A stretch of 61,113 bases of DNA, filler included, from Stramenopiles sp. TOSAG23-3 (taxonomy: Eukaryota): assembly GCA_900128585.1 (NCBI GenBank). It is 12 parts of 12 records of this genome, joined end to end, with 100 filler letters (N's around TTAATTAATTAA, not from the genome) between each part and the next. Parts side by side here need not be neighbours in the genome. Positions count along the whole stretch, not along the records: positions 40,863 to 45,853 come from LT643643.1; positions 45,954 to 50,942 come from LT643644.1; positions 51,043 to 56,029 come from LT643645.1; 9 more parts are not named here. The stretch is one strand, 5' to 3'. The translations under genes and the position numbers were made by a program. This document shows, one piece after another, positions 42,724-54,715 of this stretch (its first letter is position 1; each line of letters opens with the position of its first letter). Below the pieces are notes generated by a model. That model did not search any database. It was given only the letters and a program-made list of their open reading frames with translations, and was not told the origin of the DNA.

Positions 42724-45561
42724 TCATACTTCTTCGGTTAACAGCCCTTCCTGAATCACTTTGTGGGTTTCTTCCCCGTTCCGGGCGTCTTGAACTTCGT
42801 TTCGCTTTTTACTGACAAAGCCCTCTTTGGACTCCTGCATAGAACTTTCGGCATGGATTGAGTCCTCCTGGAACAGGGGATCTCGCAATATGTCCACGGG
42901 ATCGTCGAACCCTCCAGTCATCTCCAGCTCGTCGTCATCGCTGAACTCTCCCCCGGATTCCCCTTGTTCCTTTCCTTCGAAATTTTGACTATGGCTCATC
43001 GCCAAATTGGTAACGAACGTGTTGTCATTTTCCACTTGAAAAGTGACTTTCATTGACGGTTGTTTGTCTTCCTCCGCCTTTCGCGCCTCTTCTCGTTTCA
43101 AGTATTCGTAGTCCCGAATGACGCCCACGTATTTTCGCGCCCACATGGCCCGCAGTCCAGCTTGCACAATAACGGCAGCTTCCTCCTCAGTCATTTTCCT
43201 CTGGTTTGCCATTCGAAAATCCTCTACGTACAAGCGGCCGAGCATGCCACGGGCAACGCGCTGAATCTCAGTCGCGGCCTTCTTCCGGCGTTCTTCACGA
43301 GCGCGAAACATTTGGTTCACCCGGCTATTGGGCAAACGGCTCAGGCTTCCCCGCATCAACGCCTGGATCCTCACCGCAGCGCGTTTTTGCCACCTAAAGA
43401 ACCTTCGGGACTCCGTTGCCCCTGGCCGGCGCTTTAGCGACGAACCAAACATAGCACTGGCCCCGTTCGTATCGTACGCCGTGTGCAAACAGCCCTCGTC
43501 TTCCAATAGTTCGTTCAGGCGCTCCTCCATCCGTGCTCTGCTCGGCTTCATCGCAGGCACGCCAACGCTGTCTTCGTCAATGTTCCCGGGGTCTTTTGGC
43601 ATAGTCATCGTTCCCGTCAACGCCCCCCGCAAATTTCTCTCCTGCTGTCTGGATCGTAGCTTTGCGTCTGCTTCCCGCCCGGCAGGGGGATGGTCGAGCA
43701 CCGAGTCTAGGATGGCGACCACCCCGCCGCACTCAGCAATGGACGTAATGGCGTCGTAGGTGTCGTCAAGCTCTAAGCGCTGCCGTTTCTGTTCTTCGAT
43801 ATACTTTTCTACTTCATCCTCCATCAAGAGCACCTTTTGCGCCTCCATGACTCTATCGCTAATGCGCTCTTCTAAATTTGGGACAAGGGAATTTTCGAAC
43901 GCCATGTCAAGTGCAAACCAACGCCAGGCCTCGCGAACTACTTTTTGCTGTACCTCAGGCTGCTCCCCCCCTTCTGGCACGGAGGTCTTGGAAGGCTCGC
44001 TGATGATGCTGGCACCCGCTTCCACGTCCGCCGTGGCCGGTGCAGTGGACGGTGGGGCAGAGCTGAAGTCAGCCGTCGAGGGGTTTGTCGCGTTACCCTC
44101 TGCGGTTCCCGTCTTCTCCTCCTCGACCGTATTCTGCGCCACCGGCGCGCTTTCGTCCGTGGTCAAAACACCGCGGAAGTTTTTACTCAAATGCCTGTTC
44201 ATGTACGCCCTCGATATTTCCTCGGCTTCTTCGTGCTTCGCTATTTCCAGCTCCTTTTCCCATTCCGCCTTTTCTTGTTGCAGCGTGTTCACGACGTCCA
44301 GTTCGGCGGGAGGAATGAAGAGGGGGTTGGAGGCCCCGCACTTCATCCCAATCCACAGGGTCAACGGGTCCCTGGAATCGTCCTTTTGCAGCGCTTTGAC
44401 CCGTTCCGCAGGGGGCATTCCTGGGTACAGACCGTTCCGCTTGTTCTTTTTCCGAGCTTTCAAAAAAGGCTTGGTGTCCCGCTTCATCTTCATTAAATAA
44501 TTATAGCCTTGCCACATAAACGTGACAGTGGTGTACTCAGATTTGTCTTGGTTGTTCTCTTCCTCTGCAATCACCCGCCGCCACTCGCATATTGCCTCTA
44601 CCACGGCAACTGACCCTTTTCGAAGATCCCCCAGCAAGCGCTTGAAAAGCTTTTGGTTCGTTCTGACCTTGTCTACCAAGTCCAGTTTCAACGGTTCGCC
44701 CGCGCTCATGCGCGACATAAGAAGCTCTTTGCTGGCTTTCCGCAGCACCTTTCCGACTGCCCTCAAGCGAGACACCAACGACTCCCGCATGCATATGTAC
44801 TTGATGACATCAATCTCCATCATCTGGGCTTTCACCCCTCCCACCCGTCCAAGCTTAACGCTCGTCGACACCACGTCCGATTTCGACGCCGACGTCTTCG
44901 AGTGTCGCTGCTTGGCGTTCAATTCTTTCCCCATCCGAGACACGGACCCCAGTGGCTTCGGTGGTTTGATAATATTGTCTAAATTGTCTAAGTCCTCATC
45001 TGCCGACGGCACATGATTCAACTGGCTACCCCCATCCCTGTTGCCCAAAAGCCCCCCATCCACTTCCGTCAAGTCGAAAATTGCGTCGTCGAGGTTGTTG
45101 TTGCTACTCCTCGGTGCCAAATTGTCACTACCGTTTCCCTCTCCCCCCAGAAGAATGTTTTCGGCCCTTTTCTTGAACGAAGCCCACGACTCTCCCTCTC
45201 CCGTGCCCCCGTACGCTTTTTTAGGCGGCTTAAATGCAATACTATGCGTCTTTACAGCCGGGATGATGACTCTTTTGGAGTCCAACAGAGCCTGCCGTTT
45301 CTCCTCCGCAGTCTGCCTCGAACGAGGGCGCGCGCGGTGGTGCGACGGCGCCGAACGCCTGCTTTTACCTTTCTGGGGAGACGGAGACACTTCCTCCCAG
45401 CTCAATTCACCAGAGACCGAGAGCATGGAACTGCCTTTCGTCACGCGCTGCCCAGGAAGGAGAACACCAGTGCTACTATTGCTATTTAATAACTTTTGGG
45501 GCACCGACGCATCTTCGCTAGACCCCAACAGCTCCAACACTTTGAAATTGGTCGTTGACAT
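42724..45561 (-). CDS. IQ-motif (calmodulin-binding) protein
   Basis: AAVRIQALMRG, AATEIQRVARG, AAVIVQAGLRA; VVEAICEWR...FMWQGYNYLMKM. Confidence 0.75.
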   Translation of the reverse strand: MSTTNFKVLELLGSSEDASVPQKLLNSNSSTGVLLPGQRVTKGSSMLSVSGELSWEEVSPSPQKGKSRRSAPSHHRARPRSRQTAEEKRQALLDSKRVIIPAVKTHSIAFKPPKKAYGGTGEGESWASFKKRAENILLGGEGNGSDNLAPRSSNNNLDDAIFDLTEVDGGLLGNRDGGSQLNHVPSADEDLDNLDNIIKPPKPLGSVSRMGKELNAKQRHSKTSASKSDVVSTSVKLGRVGGVKAQMMEIDVIKYICMRESLVSRLRAVGKVLRKASKELLMSRMSAGEPLKLDLVDKVRTNQKLFKRLLGDLRKGSVAVVEAICEWRRVIAEEENNQDKSEYTTVTFMWQGYNYLMKMKRDTKPFLKARKKNKRNGLYPGMPPAERVKALQKDDSRDPLTLWIGMKCGASNPLFIPPAELDVVNTLQQEKAEWEKELEIAKHEEAEEISRAYMNRHLSKNFRGVLTTDESAPVAQNTVEEEKTGTAEGNATNPSTADFSSAPPSTAPATADVEAGASIISEPSKTSVPEGGEQPEVQQKVVREAWRWFALDMAFENSLVPNLEERISDRVMEAQKVLLMEDEVEKYIEEQKRQRLELDDTYDAITSIAECGGVVAILDSVLDHPPAGREADAKLRSRQQERNLRGALTGTMTMPKDPGNIDEDSVGVPAMKPSRARMEERLNELLEDEGCLHTAYDTNGASAMFGSSLKRRPGATESRRFFRWQKRAAVRIQALMRGSLSRLPNSRVNQMFRAREERRKKAATEIQRVARGMLGRLYVEDFRMANQRKMTEEEAAVIVQAGLRAMWARKYVGVIRDYEYLKREEARKAEEDKQPSMKVTFQVENDNTFVTNLAMSHSQNFEGKEQGESGGEFSDDDELEMTGGFDDPVDILRDPLFQEDSIHAESSMQESKEGFVSKKRNEVQDARNGEETHKVIQEGLLTEEV

Positions 45562-46032
45562 TTCGTACGAACTAGACACGAAAGGACAACGGCGATCAGA
45601 AAAAAACTGCGTAGAATCCTAATGCTACGCTAAAGACACTCTCACTCCACTTTCAAGATTACACACATCAACGCGCACACAAACTCCCTCTCAACAATTC
45701 GTTGTGAAATCTAATTTGAAGGAAATTTCGTCATCTGTGTAATACTCGTCATCTGTGTAAACGACTCTAAAATAATAAAAAAACATACACCATTATAATA
45801 TTATTATAGCTTAATAAAAAAATGTAATAAAATAGATCTCTCTCTCTCTTCTCNNNNNNNNNNNNNNNNNNNNNNNNNNNNNNNNNNNNNNNNNNNNTTA
45901 ATTAATTAANNNNNNNNNNNNNNNNNNNNNNNNNNNNNNNNNNNNNNNNNNNNTCACCAACCAACTGGAACCTGATTTCATGTACCTTCCATTTGGTGCA
46001 GAAAGTTGTCCTTTTCGCGTTGCATCCCCTCC

Positions 46033-46651
46033 CACCGTTCCCAAGAAAATCGTCTTGAGTACGGTTGTTGAAGTATGTACTTAGTCCTACAGCGCCTTGC
46101 GTTTTCTTCCGTTCCATCTTGCCCATATCGGATTCCTTCTTTGTGTACGGAACAATGTACAGGGTCTCCCCATCGATAATATCGCTCACTCTGCAAACCT
46201 GTACGTTCGTGGCGTCAAAAATTGCTTTTACGTGCACCATGCGCAACCGTTCGCAAATGCCACGAAGAAAATTGTCCCAACTAATACTGTTCGGTACTAT
46301 GTACCGCTTTCGTTCGTTGGGTTTATTTTTTTGTGCCAACACTATCTTGAGCGACTCGACCACGGGTTGGACCGGAGCGCTGTATGCTTTTCCCACTTCC
46401 TTGCCACTTTGGGACGTGGACTCACTTCCTCGTTCTATTCCTAAATCATAATCATCCTTTGCGGTACCATTGCTCCGACCCGAGCTGGAAGTAGAACTGT
46501 ATACGCTCATTCCGTCCACCGGCCCCTCTTGCTTTGTATACCTCCGTCTATTATGTTTGTACTCACTATTTCTATCGGTTTCGCGTTGCCTTCGTGGGGG
46601 CACTGGCTGGCGCTCAGTGGCACGGTTGCCACTTCTAATGTACTGATCCAT
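46033..46651 (-). CDS. Hypothetical protein with a ubiquitin-like (KHA/DCX-type) domain, 3' truncated
   Basis: YIVPNSISWDNFL..ICERL....IFDA....V..VSDIIDGETLYI. Confidence 0.5.
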
Positions 46652-47440
46652 TTCCCAGGCTTTCGTTCTCCAGCGACCACCGAACGTATCTTTTGTCTGA
46701 AACGGAAGTATTTAATCCCTGCGTGAAAGAGAAAAAAAAACTGTATTCCAATCGAAGAATACTTTTAAACTAACAAACACTTCATCGTGTCAGTTTATTA
46801 TTATCAAATATATAAATTTAAAAAAAATGACAAACAAACAAAAAACTCTTCTCCTACCCTCTCCTCCTCTTTCTTCTTTTTTTACCTGTTCTTTCCTGTA
46901 TTATTATCCTATAATAATACTGTATTCAAAAATGAAGTTCCCTTCTTCTCTTTCTTATTTATTAGGAGCTAGGAGCTAGGAGCTTCGTAGCAGTACTTTA
47001 ATTATAATATAGTTTTTACTTTTTCTTACTTTTTCGGTGAAACGCTTATAACCCTATTTATAACACTACAATCGGCGACAGGGGTCTTTTTATTAATAAT
47101 AATAATATATAAACACAGCATTAACAATATTTTATATCCTGTGCTATATACTATATACGAGTAGTTAAGTAAAACAGTAAAACCCACTGCCGCCGCCGCC
47201 GCCGCCGCCGGACGACCGACGACCGGAGGAGAGAAGAAGAAGAAGAATCTTTTTTTTTTGTTGAATTTTTTTATTTCAAGAAGCGACAAGTGATAAAATA
47301 TTTTTTTATGATGTTTCACTTAATGGCTTAATGGATACATGGTGTATATTTTATTCCATTTGAATTTATGCATAGACGGATCGTATTTTGGTGTTAGACC
47401 GGAAAAGAAAACTGGAGTATCCCCTCTTCAACGTTTTACA

Positions 47441-49549
47441 ATGGTCCCTCTGTGCAGAACTACCGTCCTGCTGCTCTTGTCGCTCTTGTCGTGGGCAGCT
47501 GTCGTCTTCGGTTATGCACCGTCGGGGTATCGTTCTGTGTTAGGGGATCCAGGTATGCGTTGGAATGGGAAAGATGCAGCAAAACCACTAGGACCGCGAA
47601 TGCAATTGTTCTTTTACAACTTATGCAGCAAAGCAGGATTTACGAATATGTCTGTCATTCCGAGCACCAAAGATACTTGCACAATTACGAAAGGGGCACT
47701 TCTTGGCATGGGAGCCATTAAAAACGTCGCGTCCGACGACTGTTGCACGGCTTGTTTGAATGAGCCGTGGTGTTTGGCATGGACGTACTGGAAATCATCG
47801 AATGGTGTTGGTAACTGTGATTTAAAGGATAACACGGTACCACAGACAATACCGCCACCACTTCCGAGGAAGGATTTCAGTCCAAGGAAAGGAAACTGTG
47901 GGTTGACGAAGTACCAACCGCCGGAAAATTGTATTGACACGAGAGTGGGATCAGGAGCCATCAGGGCACGGGAAAATGGTATCACAAGCTTTGCAACGTG
48001 CCAGGCTTACTGTGAGAAAAATTGTTCGACGGCATGCACGTTTATATCGTACTCCTCCGCGCATGATGATTGCAGCTGGTACACGGAGTGCGATCTGGAC
48101 GAACTTCCTCAGGGGGCTGACTATTACTCCGCTGCGATCCGTCAGCCGATCCCACCAACTTCGTCCGGTGTTCGCGCGTATCATCATCAACAGGCACTTC
48201 CGTCCCCTCGATACGCAAATTGCGTTGTTGATGGTGAGCAGACAATCTCCAAATCCGACAATGAAGCGAAGAATACTGGCGAAATGGACGACGAGTGGTT
48301 TGCGGTCCTCAAGGAGCACGCCCTCGCGTCCAAGTGCGCGCTAACTGACACGAAGACTAGGTTTCCGTCCTTCTTTTGGACAGTGATGAGTCAAAATGGA
48401 AATGCTCCGTCCAGCCTGGGCAGTGCAGACGAGTGTTTGCCATACTGTTTCGTTGATTACGGCCCTAGGTCGAATATTTCGGGTTATCCCCCGGCGGTTA
48501 ATGCTTCCGCTAAACGTTGCATCAATGACGCGTCGGCACCGAAGACCCCAAGACTTCAATTTAATAGCAAGCCAATGAATCAGGCAAAAGTTATGACGGC
48601 TTTTACGGACGCGTCTTCGCCCGAGCTGATTGGTAGTTTCAACTGGACCTTCGAGTTGGACGCTGACCTTACAGTGCCTGAGGCCAAGTTTCCAAAAGAC
48701 AAAAGTTTGGGAGTGTGGTCTTGGCGCTTTGACAAAGCCTCTCAAAAAGGGATTGTCCGGATGTACCAAAGGGTGTCGGAGTTGTACCCCTGGGTCTGCA
48801 CTTATTTCGGCGTCGATGTAGGAATGGGGGTAAAGGGGAACCAGGCGTACGATGGTCGAGGAATGATGACAGAGTCCCCCCTTGCCGGCACCGATTTTAT
48901 CGTTCGATTCTTTTTAAATATCACGCGGGATGATATTGGAGGTGGCGGCGGCATCGGATCGTGGTACTTGCTGAACATGGAAAGCTGTTGGAATCAAGTG
49001 ACAGGAAACAATTGCCGGCCCTATGGCAACACAAACCAAAACTCGCACCAGCAAGTTTTATTGGATTATGGGGGCAGCGATAGCTGTACAGCGGATGAAC
49101 CGTTGGGGTGCCCTGTGTATCATGTTGAAAAGAACGGCACAAAAATTCATCGATTGGACAAGGCACATTTTCCCTACGATGCCTACAAACAGTATTGCTG
49201 TCCATGCACCAGCTGTTCAAAGTGCAACGACCTTAACGTGCCATGTTGTGATCCATTGTCTAACTCTAATGGGCAGTCGATCTACAAAATCGCACCTCAT
49301 CCAATTTGGGCAGTCTATGGGTTCCCAAGAAATGCCACGGACGGGTTTCTGGGCGACCCAAAAATGCACGAATTGCACGTTGGAAAATTATGGGATCAAA
49401 TTTGGTTTCCATGCCCGGCAACGGAATCCATGGAAATTATTACTTTAAATATTGGTCCAGAAACTGGGTATGGGACCGGGACACACGACACTGAATTCTT
49501 TCTTTCTGATTTTGATGTCCTTGTACCAGCAAACAAAGCAAGCAGCTGA
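47441..49549 (+). CDS. Secreted Cys-rich protein resembling an uncharacterised land-plant family (DUF7705-like, by recall), with PAN/apple-like inserts
   Basis: Signal peptide; SVLGDPGM, FWTVMSQNGN, YDGRGM, CPVYH, FPYDAY, CDPLSN, PHPIWAVYGFP, WELxVG-like, LSDFDVL; DDCCTACLNEPWCLAWTY and CQAYC...CTFISYS apple-like units. Confidence 0.65.
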   Translation: MVPLCRTTVLLLLSLLSWAAVVFGYAPSGYRSVLGDPGMRWNGKDAAKPLGPRMQLFFYNLCSKAGFTNMSVIPSTKDTCTITKGALLGMGAIKNVASDDCCTACLNEPWCLAWTYWKSSNGVGNCDLKDNTVPQTIPPPLPRKDFSPRKGNCGLTKYQPPENCIDTRVGSGAIRARENGITSFATCQAYCEKNCSTACTFISYSSAHDDCSWYTECDLDELPQGADYYSAAIRQPIPPTSSGVRAYHHQQALPSPRYANCVVDGEQTISKSDNEAKNTGEMDDEWFAVLKEHALASKCALTDTKTRFPSFFWTVMSQNGNAPSSLGSADECLPYCFVDYGPRSNISGYPPAVNASAKRCINDASAPKTPRLQFNSKPMNQAKVMTAFTDASSPELIGSFNWTFELDADLTVPEAKFPKDKSLGVWSWRFDKASQKGIVRMYQRVSELYPWVCTYFGVDVGMGVKGNQAYDGRGMMTESPLAGTDFIVRFFLNITRDDIGGGGGIGSWYLLNMESCWNQVTGNNCRPYGNTNQNSHQQVLLDYGGSDSCTADEPLGCPVYHVEKNGTKIHRLDKAHFPYDAYKQYCCPCTSCSKCNDLNVPCCDPLSNSNGQSIYKIAPHPIWAVYGFPRNATDGFLGDPKMHELHVGKLWDQIWFPCPATESMEIITLNIGPETGYGTGTHDTEFFLSDFDVLVPANKASS

Positions 49550-49913
49550 AGAAAAAAAGAAGAAGAAGAAAGCAATAATAAAGTAGTGTAAATTTACATA
49601 AGGAATAATGTGTATTATTTATTATCTATAATATTAATCTATAGAATAATATAACTTGTTTTATCCAGGTATTAATATTTCATGATGAGACCTTTCCTTA
49701 ACAAATTGTTTTTCCGTTATTATTTAACTCTTTAGGGACTGCGATTGAACGAATTGGGAATTGAGAAATTGAAAAGGTAAGAGAGCAATAAAAGATAATT
49801 AGAAGAAAACACACGCATAGAACCATTTAAATGTAAACCGTTCACAAAAATCAAACGCTGTGTTGAAAATAACATAGGAAGAAAGTTAGCTGGGTAGCCT
49901 TGGTGTGTTTTTT

Positions 49914-50863
49914 ATGGAGGTTCCAAGGAAAGACGATGCGGGGCACGACGAACATAGGATGCACGCCGGCCTTCACCCCCGGACTGCTGCCAATACCAAC
50001 TTAGAGACGATGTTCACGAAAGCCTCCGAGGATACGCATGGAATGACGCCGTCTGAACGAACGCGGCAGCGGCAGGTTGCACGTGCGCATTCGCATCACC
50101 CCAATTCGACTTTGAAGAAAGATATAAACAACCATGGGCTGCAAGAGGCAGACCCTTTGTCCTCTTTTGTGACTACCGCGCCGATAAAGCGAGAGTGGAT
50201 GAACTACTCCGGCGAGAAACATATTAGAGAAGTTGCGACGGATGGGGACATGAGCAGGAAAGTAATCCCAGACCCGAGAAAGAAGTTCTCTGTAACGGCA
50301 CGGGAAAAGTTAAAAGAGTACGAGTTAAAGACAAAAACCGTCGAAGAACGGGAAGCGGAAACCGAACGGTTCAACGAGTCGATGCGCCAACTGTTGACGT
50401 CTACTTTTTCCCAGGCGAACATAGAGAAACATGAAATAGAAACGCCGGAGGTATTCTCCGTGAACGATACCGTTCTTGTTAAGTGGGGGAAACAGTGGAT
50501 GCAAGGGAAAGTGTTGAAAGTGGAGGAAACGCAGATCCGGGTCTGCTACCATGGGCACAATGCTGAGTCGGAGCGTTGGATCGAGCTCGACAACGGCAGA
50601 GTGCGACACCAAACGATGTATAGAAATCTCCGTTTTACAGAACACCGAAGGGGGGCGTTCCCAAAAGTTGGGGATGGCGTGTTGGTTCGCGTTATCGACA
50701 CAAAGTACTCTGGCATTTTTAAAGGCTTCGGCACAGGACTACTAGGCGTCTGCGTGAAGTGTTTGCCGGACAAAGATGCAAGCATGATACAGGTCGATGA
50801 CAATAAACTTGTACCAGGGTTCTTGGGGATGTTTGCCAACAGTCACCTCTCGATCCGGTATAA
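49914..50863 (+). CDS. Tudor/Agenet-like domain protein (3' end uncertain at the inverted repeat)
   Basis: FSVNDTVLVKWGKQWMQGKVLKV...VCYHGHNAESERWI; a second SH3-like unit PKVGDGVLVRV. Confidence 0.55.
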
Positions 50864-51219
50864 GGAGGGGATGCAACGCGAAAAGGACAACTTTCTGCAC
50901 CAAATGGAAGGTACATGAAATCAGGTTCCAGTTGGTTGGTGANNNNNNNNNNNNNNNNNNNNNNNNNNNNNNNNNNNNNNNNNNNNTTAATTAATTAANN
51001 NNNNNNNNNNNNNNNNNNNNNNNNNNNNNNNNNNNNNNNNNNAATTCAAAAAAAGAAAGTTCCTGAAATTTTTGGTACGGAATATTGCTATGAAAAAATT
51101 AGCTCGCTCTCCATTTATTCATTGTTGGTGCCAGGACAATTTTCAAAAGAAGGAGTAAAGAAAATATTTGTTTTTTTACCGGTGTGTGAATTTCTCACAA
51201 AAGGAAAGTTCTTGTGGAA

Positions 51220-51898
51220 ATGAAAAATCGTGCAAAATTAGGAGTAGCATTATTATGTGCATTAGTTGGATTTTTGATTTCCATAGTGGGCTGTATAGTT
51301 CCCTGGTCAAGAACGAGTTCAACCGTTGGAGGTTGTCGTTTCACAGGAGAATATGGTGTTTTGCAAATGTGTCTCGATGTGGAGTGTCCCGCAATAAAAC
51401 AATATCGTTCTTGCGAGTCTACGACGAATGCACTAAAAGATTGGAGTGGTGAAGGGAAAACTGCTTTTTCAAGAACAACATATGGCGCTCTCGCTTTATC
51501 TATAGTACGTCAAAATCCTTATCTCCCACCCTAACCCTAATCTCCCATACATTTCAACCATACCTAAAAAAAAATGATAACAATATAAAAGTCTTTCTAT
51601 ACACTAACAAAATTACAAATGCTTCCATTTACAATAACTAAAACAGCTTACCGTCACATTATCAAGTATATGTATTGTACTAAATGTATTTTCACTGAGT
51701 TGCTCACCTGGACCTTGCTGGAAATGTGTTCACAGTTTTCTTGGTATACTCGGTGCGATAACAGCAGGAACAGCTGTTATTCTTGCAAACGAATCCAATA
51801 TTCTCCTTGTATTTTCTACATCTAACTCCAACCCTAATATTGTATCATATCTATTTGTATTCATTTTTGTTATTATTGATATATTGTCGACATTGTAG
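51220..51898 (+). CDS. Claudin-like four-TM membrane protein, exons 51220-51504 and 51647-51898 (178 aa)
   Basis: GTACGT...CAG phase-0 intron joins ALSI/LTVTL with no stops to TAG 51896; W...GVLQMC..C first loop; four hydrophobic segments. Confidence 0.65.
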
Positions 51899-52466
51899 AA
51901 TAAACACTACACCTTTAAAGGAATTCACGTAACAACATTTAGTCCGTACATTAGTTTTTATTCTATGTGTTGTGTTTCTTTTCTTTTAACGTGTAGTGGT
52001 TTGCTAACATGGCATGCCAATTTAAGAAAAAATAATCCAGAATATATTCCAGCTTTTCAATATGCACAGTTTCAGCCTTAAGTGGAGTAGAAAATGAAAC
52101 TGAATAATGAGAGAAAGATGAAAAAAACCTAAGTTTCTTTAGGCACAAAATTTCGTATGAAAAAAATAAATTTGATGAGTGTACAGTTGAAGAAAATATT
52201 TTTACCAAACCTTCATCAATTTTCAGTGGAAGAATCTCCTATATAATAAAAAAAATAATATTTGTGTAAAGTTCTTTTTGTTTTACCTTTATTATAATCA
52301 CAACATCTTATTACTTTATATGAACAAATTTTACGTTTTGTTGTGCTTTCCGGTACAAAAAAATGTGTTTTTCATAATTTTCTAATAATTAGAAGTATAA
52401 AGTAGCAATATCGTCTTGCATGAACTATCACTCTTGTGAATAATAAATTTATAAATTTGTCATACA

Positions 52467-53018
52467 TTATTCATAAATACCTACAATTTCAACAGAACCA
52501 TCTGCATTCACACGGGTTTTCTTAATCCGTTTCAACTGCTTTTTACTCATTTTCTTAATTTTTTCAACGTTTGTTATAGTTTGATAAGAACTATTTTTAA
52601 GCTCGTTTAGTTTTCGCCGTTTCTCTTGTTCCGCTCTTCTTTCTCTCTCTGCGACACGTTTTAACCTTTTTTTCTCTTTGATTTCATTTTCTAAAGTTTT
52701 CATTTGTTTCCTCAGTTTGTTTGCTGCTTGTTTCTTTTCCCATAAAGCTTTACTATTTGCTACTTTTTTCCTACCTGCGGCAGAAGATCGACGTGGTTGC
52801 TTCCGTTTCCAATGACGATCACTGACACACTTACCAATAGTTTTATTAGTGGATACATCAATCGCAGCAACAGATTGAACTGCGTATGGTCTTGGTAATA
52901 CTTTACCTGTACTTGCTTTAACATCACATAGTGTTCCATCAGGAAATTTTCTCTCTCGATATGTAGGTGTCTTGGTAACTTTGGCAGTCACGTTATCCTT
53001 TGAAGTCACTGGAGCCAT
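52467..53018 (-). CDS. CCDC86: CCDC86/Cgr1 family nucleolar protein
   Basis: KCVSDRHWK, WEKK, RRKLNELK...QTITN..KIKKMSKKQLKRI. Confidence 0.75.
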   Translation of the reverse strand: MAPVTSKDNVTAKVTKTPTYRERKFPDGTLCDVKASTGKVLPRPYAVQSVAAIDVSTNKTIGKCVSDRHWKRKQPRRSSAAGRKKVANSKALWEKKQAANKLRKQMKTLENEIKEKKRLKRVAERERRAEQEKRRKLNELKNSSYQTITNVEKIKKMSKKQLKRIKKTRVNADGSVEIVGIYE

Positions 53019-53405
53019 GATGTTATGAATTGTATTTTAACTGAAGAATGTATTTAAGTATCTCTCTACTATAATATACTTTTGGAGTGGGTCGTAATGT
53101 CACAATAACTTCTTGGTGGCGGGGAATCCCAATACTTTCTTGCAGGAATAGTACTTTTCAAGATGTAGAGTGTGTGTGACTGTTCTTAATTAAACTGGAT
53201 AGATTTTGAATGTTACCGGGTACGCAAAATGTAACGTCCTGAAATCTGACTACCTCTTTATCTATCTATATCTCGTTCCAAACATTTATGTGGTTGGTAT
53301 AACACAGAAAGTAGTTTGCACCAACGTAATAATGTACTATTTCACCAACATTACCAAATAATAGACACAATACAATTGTTCTATATAGACAAACAAAATC
53401 ATATT

Positions 53406-54509
53406 ATGACATCAAGGTACCTTCCACCAGACATAACTCACTCGACAACAACAAAAAACTTTCAAAAAAATCATTTTCGTTTATTAGAGGTTTTGGAGGC
53501 TACTGTACTAGAAAATGAGGCATTGAAGACTGAAATCTACAATATACACACTAGAGCCATTGAGACTATTAAAGAGGAGAATAAAAAACAGAAACTTTAC
53601 AATATTGATAAACAAATCCTTTTGGAAAAACATAATACCTCATTGTCAAAGGAGATAAATGAGAAAGGCGACTTACAGCAGAAACTAGACATACTTAAAG
53701 AAAACCTAAGAATGCATGAAACAAAATTCTTTACTAAGCAAAATGAATGGCATGCAAACACAAAGACACTTAGTGACGAAATTTCTGATTTGCGAAAAAA
53801 GCTTTGTAATAAAGATAAAAACATTGAAAAGTTATTAGAAAAAGTGAAAAAAGATAAAAAAAAACACAAGGAAAAAAATTGTTTATTATGTGAAAAAAAA
53901 TCACAAAAGTTTCTTCTTCTAAAAGAAAGCAATGCCACATTAGAATTAGAGATGTCTAACTTATTGGTTCAATATAATAGTGTTGTAGACATAAAAAATG
54001 AGTTAGACTTTGAGTTAAAAGAAACATTAGAAAAGTTTAAAAAAACTGAAAAGGAATTGAAAATATTACAGATAGAAAAACAAAAATTTGAAAAAGAAGT
54101 AAAAAGATTACGCTTAGAAAAACAAAATTGTACATCAAATTCAGAATCTTCAAAAAACAATGCTACATTGTCTAGTATCCCACCTCCACCAAAATTTCAA
54201 AAACATAATAACTATAAAGGAACAATTACAGGTGCTAGAATAAAAGAAAGTCAAATTCTTGGGGAATTAGCCTCTTTAAAGAATGAAAATTTCCACTTGA
54301 AACAGAAAAAAGGATATTTTGGAATACGCCATTTACGTGAAACAAAAATGACGATGAATCCATTTGCGGAACAGGAATCAATGTATACATCTAAAATATC
54401 ACTAAATAGTATGACAACTAAGTCTAAGAGAAAACATGAACGCTATAGCGATAAAAATGTTACAAACATTGTAGGGAGTAAAATACTAGACGAATTACTA
54501 CAACGATGA
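53406..54509 (+). CDS. AT-rich coiled-coil protein
   Basis: About 367-aa ORF from ATG 53406, K/E/L heptads. Confidence 0.6.
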   Translation: MTSRYLPPDITHSTTTKNFQKNHFRLLEVLEATVLENEALKTEIYNIHTRAIETIKEENKKQKLYNIDKQILLEKHNTSLSKEINEKGDLQQKLDILKENLRMHETKFFTKQNEWHANTKTLSDEISDLRKKLCNKDKNIEKLLEKVKKDKKKHKEKNCLLCEKKSQKFLLLKESNATLELEMSNLLVQYNSVVDIKNELDFELKETLEKFKKTEKELKILQIEKQKFEKEVKRLRLEKQNCTSNSESSKNNATLSSIPPPPKFQKHNNYKGTITGARIKESQILGELASLKNENFHLKQKKGYFGIRHLRETKMTMNPFAEQESMYTSKISLNSMTTKSKRKHERYSDKNVTNIVGSKILDELLQR

Positions 54510-54715
54510 TTTAGATGTGTGAAAATTTTATATGAGAAAAAACATCCAAGTAAGCAAATAATTGAAAACCAATTTATTACATTTCATCATAGCGTTTTTG
54601 AAAGTAATAAAACATAAATTAAATTGTAGTTTTTAATTTGGTACATTGACAAGCATCATGAATAAAATAAAAGAATTGGTATATGGTCATTTATGCAATT
54701 ACTTTACACACTGAT

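Larger units (their letters stand above)
45954..50942. repeat. Exact 79-bp terminal inverted repeat (45954-46032 / 50864-50942)
   Basis: tcaccaacc...atcccctcc is the exact reverse complement of ggaggggat...ggttggtga. Confidence 0.95.

Noticed and set aside
45954-50942. DNA transposon or Polinton bounded by TIRs
   Set aside because: No transposase or integrase; the repeats interrupt ORFs and have the same 79-bp length as on the dynein contig.
51528-51540. Telomeric CCCTAA repeats
   Set aside because: Only two units, inside an intron; single copies at 10681 and 60318 are also too short.
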